Of a stretch of DNA of 64,000 nt, positions 60,473 through 64,000 are shown piece by piece. The stretch comes from an uncultured Thermoleophilia bacterium. GTDB taxonomy: Bacteria > Actinomycetota > Thermoleophilia > UBA2241. The first letter of the stretch is position 1, and each line of letters begins with the position of its first letter. The stretch lies in contig CAVXJO010000001.1 in the NCBI GenBank assembly GCA_963762125.1, forward strand, positions 72,610 to 136,609, written 5' to 3'. Made by a program: the position numbers and the translations under genes. The notes under the pieces are model-generated. The model worked only from the letters and a program-made list of their open reading frames with translations, did no database searches and was not told the DNA's origin.

Positions 60473-61153
60473 TCAGTCCGGCTTGACGGCGAGCAGCAGG
60501 AACTGCCTCGCCCAGTAGTCGCGGAAGATGTACAGCGACAGGATGAGCGATGCCGTCCTGACAGCCCGGTAGCGGGTGAAGTACGGCTCGACGCGCAGCA
60601 CGCGCAGGCCGGCGCTTCGGAGCAGACGGACCATGTCGCGTTTGGCGAAGAAGCGTACGTGGGTGCGGTCGAAGATCCCCGAGCTGCGCCGCGGCCAGGT
60701 CTTGAGCAGAAGCTGCGAGAAGACGTAGACGTTGGCGATGTTCGGGAGCGAGATGACGACGGCGCCGCCCGGGCGCAGCCGGGTCACTGCCCCGGCGAGC
60801 ACGCCTTCGGCGTCATACAGGTGTTCGAGCACGTCGCTGGCGAGGATGGCGTCGAACGGCTCGTCGCCGAGAGCATCGGGGTCGAGTTCGGCAAGGTCGC
60901 ACTCGACGACGCGGTCGAGGCGCCCGCGCGCCTCCCGTGCCGCCCCGGGGTCGCGCTCCACCCCCACGACCTCGCGCGCGCCGGCCTTCTTGAGGAGGGC
61001 GCCGTTGTGTCCGCCTCCGCAGCCGAGGTCGAGCACGCGCAGACCGCGCGGATCGATCAGCTGCAAGAACGCCGGCTTGGCGTCGCGGAAGTAACGCCGG
61101 GGGACGGCAGATCCCGAAGAAGCGGTGCCCTGGTCCATCGCCGCATCATACAC
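60473..61153 (-). CDS. class I SAM-dependent methyltransferase
   Basis: Motif I VLDLGCGGGHN. The rest matches the Methyltransf_11/23 family. Confidence 0.75.
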   Translation of the reverse strand: MYDAAMDQGTASSGSAVPRRYFRDAKPAFLQLIDPRGLRVLDLGCGGGHNGALLKKAGAREVVGVERDPGAAREARGRLDRVVECDLAELDPDALGDEPFDAILASDVLEHLYDAEGVLAGAVTRLRPGGAVVISLPNIANVYVFSQLLLKTWPRRSSGIFDRTHVRFFAKRDMVRLLRSAGLRVLRVEPYFTRYRAVRTASLILSLYIFRDYWARQFLLLAVKPD

Positions 61154-61184
61154 GCGCCCGGTGGCCGGTCAGAGGCCTCCGCGG

Positions 61185-62042
61185 TCAGGGGATCGGCAGG
61201 GAGACGCTGTCCGGGTCGGTGCCGGCGTCGAGCTCGCGCACCATGGTCGGCTCCCCCCCGTAGGTGTACGCGACCGCCAGCGGCTTGCCGGGAAGGCCCT
61301 GCTCGCTCTTCGTCGCGCCGAGAGAGGGGATCGCCTCGGGCGAGCCGCTTGCGTCTTCGCTCGTCGCGACCGGGTCGAGCATGAGCAGGTGCAGCCTGCC
61401 CGTGTCGGCCGGCCGGTCGTCGACCTCGAGCTCCACCACGGCGGGAGCGTCGCCCTTGAAGATGCGCAGCACGGCGAAGGGTTGCAGGGCGCCGGTCGCC
61501 TGGCGCGCCCTGGCGAGCACGATGACGGCGAAGCGGTCGAGTTGCTCGGCCAGCCGTTGCGCAGGAGTATCCGGCGCCGCCTCAGTCCCGGCGTCCACCC
61601 CGTAGCTCTGACCGCCGACCGGCGACGTGACCTGCGCCGACGAGCCGCTCGAGGAGGACCCGCCGCCTCCGTTGACGGCGACGATGCCCACGACCAGTGC
61701 GAGGACGGCGAGCGCGGTCACGGGGGCGACGACCCGCCACCAGCGGCGGCGCGGCCTCGCCGGCGCAACCGGCGGCTCGAAGAACTCCTTGAGGCCGCTC
61801 CAGCGGTCGCCGGAGAGGTCGGCGTAGCCGGGGTCCGGCGTCGGGACCGCGGCATGGACCTGCGCGCCGATCAGGGCGACGTCGGCGCGCATCGCTGCCA
61901 GCCGCCTGGCCAGCTCGGCGTCTCCCTCCGCCGCGGCCAGCAGCGCGGGGTCGTCGCCGAGTCCGAGCGCGAGCGCCAGCAGGCGGTCGTCGTCGAATCC
62001 GCCCGCCGGCAGTACCCCGTTCTCGGCGCTTCTATCGGTCAT
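61185..62042 (-). CDS. putative anti-sigma factor (single TM, downstream of ECF sigma)
   Basis: Position and translational coupling with the sigma factor. Central TM helix (VVAPVTALAVLALVVGIVAV) followed by a Gly/Ser-rich linker. Confidence 0.5.
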   Translation of the reverse strand: MTDRSAENGVLPAGGFDDDRLLALALGLGDDPALLAAAEGDAELARRLAAMRADVALIGAQVHAAVPTPDPGYADLSGDRWSGLKEFFEPPVAPARPRRRWWRVVAPVTALAVLALVVGIVAVNGGGGSSSSGSSAQVTSPVGGQSYGVDAGTEAAPDTPAQRLAEQLDRFAVIVLARARQATGALQPFAVLRIFKGDAPAVVELEVDDRPADTGRLHLLMLDPVATSEDASGSPEAIPSLGATKSEQGLPGKPLAVAYTYGGEPTMVRELDAGTDPDSVSLPIP

Positions 62043-62063
62043 CGTCGGTCACCAGTCTCATCG

Positions 62064-62567
62064 TCAGCTCTCGCGCACGTAGCCGCCCTCCTCGAGGGCG
62101 AGCTTCAGCTTCTTCGCCGCAGCGTGCAGGCGCGACTTCACCGTGCCCACGGGGATGTCCTGGGCCTTGGCGATCTCGTCCAGAGGGAGGTCGGCGAAGA
62201 ACCGCAGCGCCACACACTCGCGCAGCTCGTCCGGCAGCGTCGCCAGCGCGTCGCGCAGCGCCGGGTCGGCCGGCTCCGACGGCGGGTCCGCCGAAGCTTC
62301 GGGTGCGATCTGCTGCAGCTTGTCCATCAGGCCGTAGCGCGTCTTGCGCCGCCGCCCGTGGTCGCGGCCGGTGTTGAGAATGACCCGGTAGAACCACGCG
62401 AGAAACGCTTCCTCGCGAGGGATCTCGGCCCGGTAGACCTTGATGAACACTTCCTGCACGGCGTCGTCGACCTCCTCACAGAACCCCTGGAGGTAGAGGA
62501 TGCGCCGCACCTGGGGCGCGTACCGACGGAAGAGCTCGGCGCGCGCCTCGGGCTGCCCCCTTCGCAA
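62064..62567 (-). CDS. RNA polymerase sigma-70 factor, ECF subfamily
   Basis: Region 2 (FLAWFYRVILNTGRDHGRR) and region 4 HTH (LRECVALRFFADLPLDEIAKAQDIPVGTVKSRL). Annotated from a TTG start. Homology appears to continue ~13 codons upstream, to an ATA codon preceded by AGGAGGA. Confidence 0.75.
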   Translation of the reverse strand: MRRGQPEARAELFRRYAPQVRRILYLQGFCEEVDDAVQEVFIKVYRAEIPREEAFLAWFYRVILNTGRDHGRRRKTRYGLMDKLQQIAPEASADPPSEPADPALRDALATLPDELRECVALRFFADLPLDEIAKAQDIPVGTVKSRLHAAAKKLKLALEEGGYVRES

Positions 62568-62713
62568 GCGGTCGACGAGACCGTGCGGCAGTTCCTCTAT
62601 TGCCTTCCTCCTGGGTGAGAGACGCTCGTGCCGCCGGGCGCGTTCGCACGCGCCGGACCCCAGAAGTATAGCGCGGCGGGCGGTCCTTTCGGCCGGTCGC
62701 GAGGGGACCGCCG

Positions 62714-63649
62714 TCAGGCGAAGCCGAGGCGGCGCACCTCTTCGGTGAGCTCGTAGCCGCTGGTCTCGCGCACGCGGCGGACCACCTCGGCTGCGAGCGC
62801 CGTGAGGTCCTCCGCCGTGGCGCCGGGCTCGGCGACGAGGAAGTTCGCGTGTTTCTCGCTCACGTGCGCGTGGCCGACCCGCAAGCCCTTGAGGCCGGCG
62901 TCCTCGATGAGGCGGGCCGCCGGCAGTTCGCGTGACGGGTTCTTGAAGTAGCTGCCGCAGCTGGCGTACTCGAGAGGATGCTTGCTTCTGCGCAGGGCGG
63001 CATCTTCGGCGATGCGCTGCTGGAGATCGTGACGGTGGCCGTGGTGGAGCTGGAACGAGGCGGAGAGGACGACGATGTCGCGTCGCGACTTGAGCACCGA
63101 GTTCCGATAGCCGAAGCCGAGACGGTCAGGCTCGACGACGTGCTCCTTGCCCTCCTCGAGCAGGTGGACGTCGAGGAGGCAGTCGCTCACCGACTCCCCG
63201 TAGGCGCCGGCGTTGCCGACGATCGCACCGCCGACCGACCCGGGGATGTTGGCGGCGAACGTGAGGCCGGCGAGTCCTTGTCCGGCCAGCGCGCCCACCA
63301 GGCCGGGGAGTTCCACCCCGGCCTCCGCGCGCAGGACGTTGCCGTGCAGCGTGGTGCCCTCGTTGCGGGCGAGCACAGTGAGCCCGGCGACGCCGGCGTC
63401 GCCGACGAGCACATTGGTGCAGCGGCCGAGCACCGTCACCGGCAGGCCGAGCTCGCGCGCCGTGAGCACGCTGTGCACGAGCACGCCGGTCGTCCCGGCG
63501 CGCAGCAGGTACTCGGACGGGCCGCCGACGCCGTAGGCGGTGAACGACGCGAGAGGGACGGCCTCTTCGAGGCCGGGCAGCTCGCGTCGCAGCACCTCTC
63601 CTACCCGACCGTCGGCGGACTGATAGGCGGGCGTCATCATGCCGGCCAT
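62714..63649 (-). CDS. murB: UDP-N-acetylmuramate dehydrogenase (UDP-N-acetylenolpyruvoylglucosamine reductase)
   Basis: FAD-binding region (TFTAYGVGGPSEYL) and C-terminal SCGSYFKNP substrate motif. Confidence 0.85.
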   Translation of the reverse strand: MAGMMTPAYQSADGRVGEVLRRELPGLEEAVPLASFTAYGVGGPSEYLLRAGTTGVLVHSVLTARELGLPVTVLGRCTNVLVGDAGVAGLTVLARNEGTTLHGNVLRAEAGVELPGLVGALAGQGLAGLTFAANIPGSVGGAIVGNAGAYGESVSDCLLDVHLLEEGKEHVVEPDRLGFGYRNSVLKSRRDIVVLSASFQLHHGHRHDLQQRIAEDAALRRSKHPLEYASCGSYFKNPSRELPAARLIEDAGLKGLRVGHAHVSEKHANFLVAEPGATAEDLTALAAEVVRRVRETSGYELTEEVRRLGFA

Positions 63650-63787
63650 CGTAACAGGCGCGCCGGTATGCCGCGTCCGGCACGAGGGAACAACCGGTCG
63701 AGTGACGTTTGACAAACGCCGTCCGCATTCATAAGGTCCTAAATCCTAGTTAGAAGTAGGAATTAACGTGTCGTCTTCAGGGGTCGT

Positions 63788-63990
63788 GTGATCCACCTGT
63801 CCACCAAGAGCGAGTATGCGATCAAAGCCCTCGTCCGGCTGGCGCTGGCCGACGGCTCGGCGCCGGTGACCGCGCGCGACATCGTCGCGTTCACCGGAGT
63901 ACCGTCGAAGTTTCTCGAACAGGTCATGCATGACCTGCGCCAGTCCGGCCTCGTCGAGAGCCAGCGCGGCAAAGGCGGCGGGTATTTCAT
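63788..63990 (+). CDS. Rrf2 family transcriptional regulator (partial, continues beyond window end)
   Basis: VIHLSTKSEYAIKALVRLA...VTARDIVAFTGVPSKFLEQVMHDLRQSGLVESQRGKGGGYF is the canonical Rrf2 N-terminal HTH. Confidence 0.8.
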
Positions 63991-64000
63991 CGCCTGCGAT

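Overview
Contents: a 64-kb high-GC (~70%) bacterial chromosomal segment with about 60 protein-coding genes and two cobalamin riboswitches. No rRNA, tRNA, CRISPR array or transposase is evident. Many genes are translationally coupled through ATGA/GTGA overlaps.

Gene blocks, in window order:
- S9 peptidase (frameshifted), rlmKL and recQ.
- A block with three genes for predicted secreted peptidases (SpoIVB/S55-like, papain-like C1, S9). It is bracketed by two inverted paralogous genes encoding Ig-like + NodB polysaccharide deacetylases.
- An anaerobic Ni-CO dehydrogenase cluster: cooS, a 2x[4Fe-4S] ferredoxin, a NapH-like membrane polyferredoxin and a Crp/Fnr regulator.
- A cobalamin riboswitch with an intrinsic-terminator expression platform. 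It controls a NitT/TauT-type ABC importer whose binding protein is NMT1/THI5-like.
- A second cobalamin riboswitch controlling a corrinoid salvage / nucleotide-loop operon: cobU, cobT, cobS, cobC, cbiB, cobD (L-threonine-phosphate decarboxylase) and cobQ.
- A small-molecule detoxification/modification block: beta-carbonic anhydrase, DUF1295, methyltransferase, SDR, cupin, GNAT, MerR-TipAS and SGNH hydrolase.
- A Fur-family autoregulated operon with a perfect 9-1-9 palindromic operator. It encodes a Dph6-like PP-loop ATP pyrophosphatase and a TroA/FecCD-type importer. The importer's ATPase carries an extra CoA-binding-like Rossmann domain. I consider this the best candidate for an undescribed system.
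- mmsA with a divergent tetR, a GAF-PP2C phosphatase, and a dipeptide ABC transporter (dppDFC, two tandem DppA paralogs, dppB) next to a dipeptide-epimerase-like enolase.
- fabI, an ECF sigma / anti-sigma pair, murB and an Rrf2 regulator.

Caveat: at least 11 single-base frameshifts interrupt otherwise well-conserved genes (S9, cobD x2, SDR, mmsA, PP2C, dppF x3, possibly two more). I cannot tell from sequence alone whether these are assembly indel errors or real pseudogenes.

Coordinates derived by reading the sequence lines may be off by 1-2 nt. CDS ends taken from the ORF track are exact.
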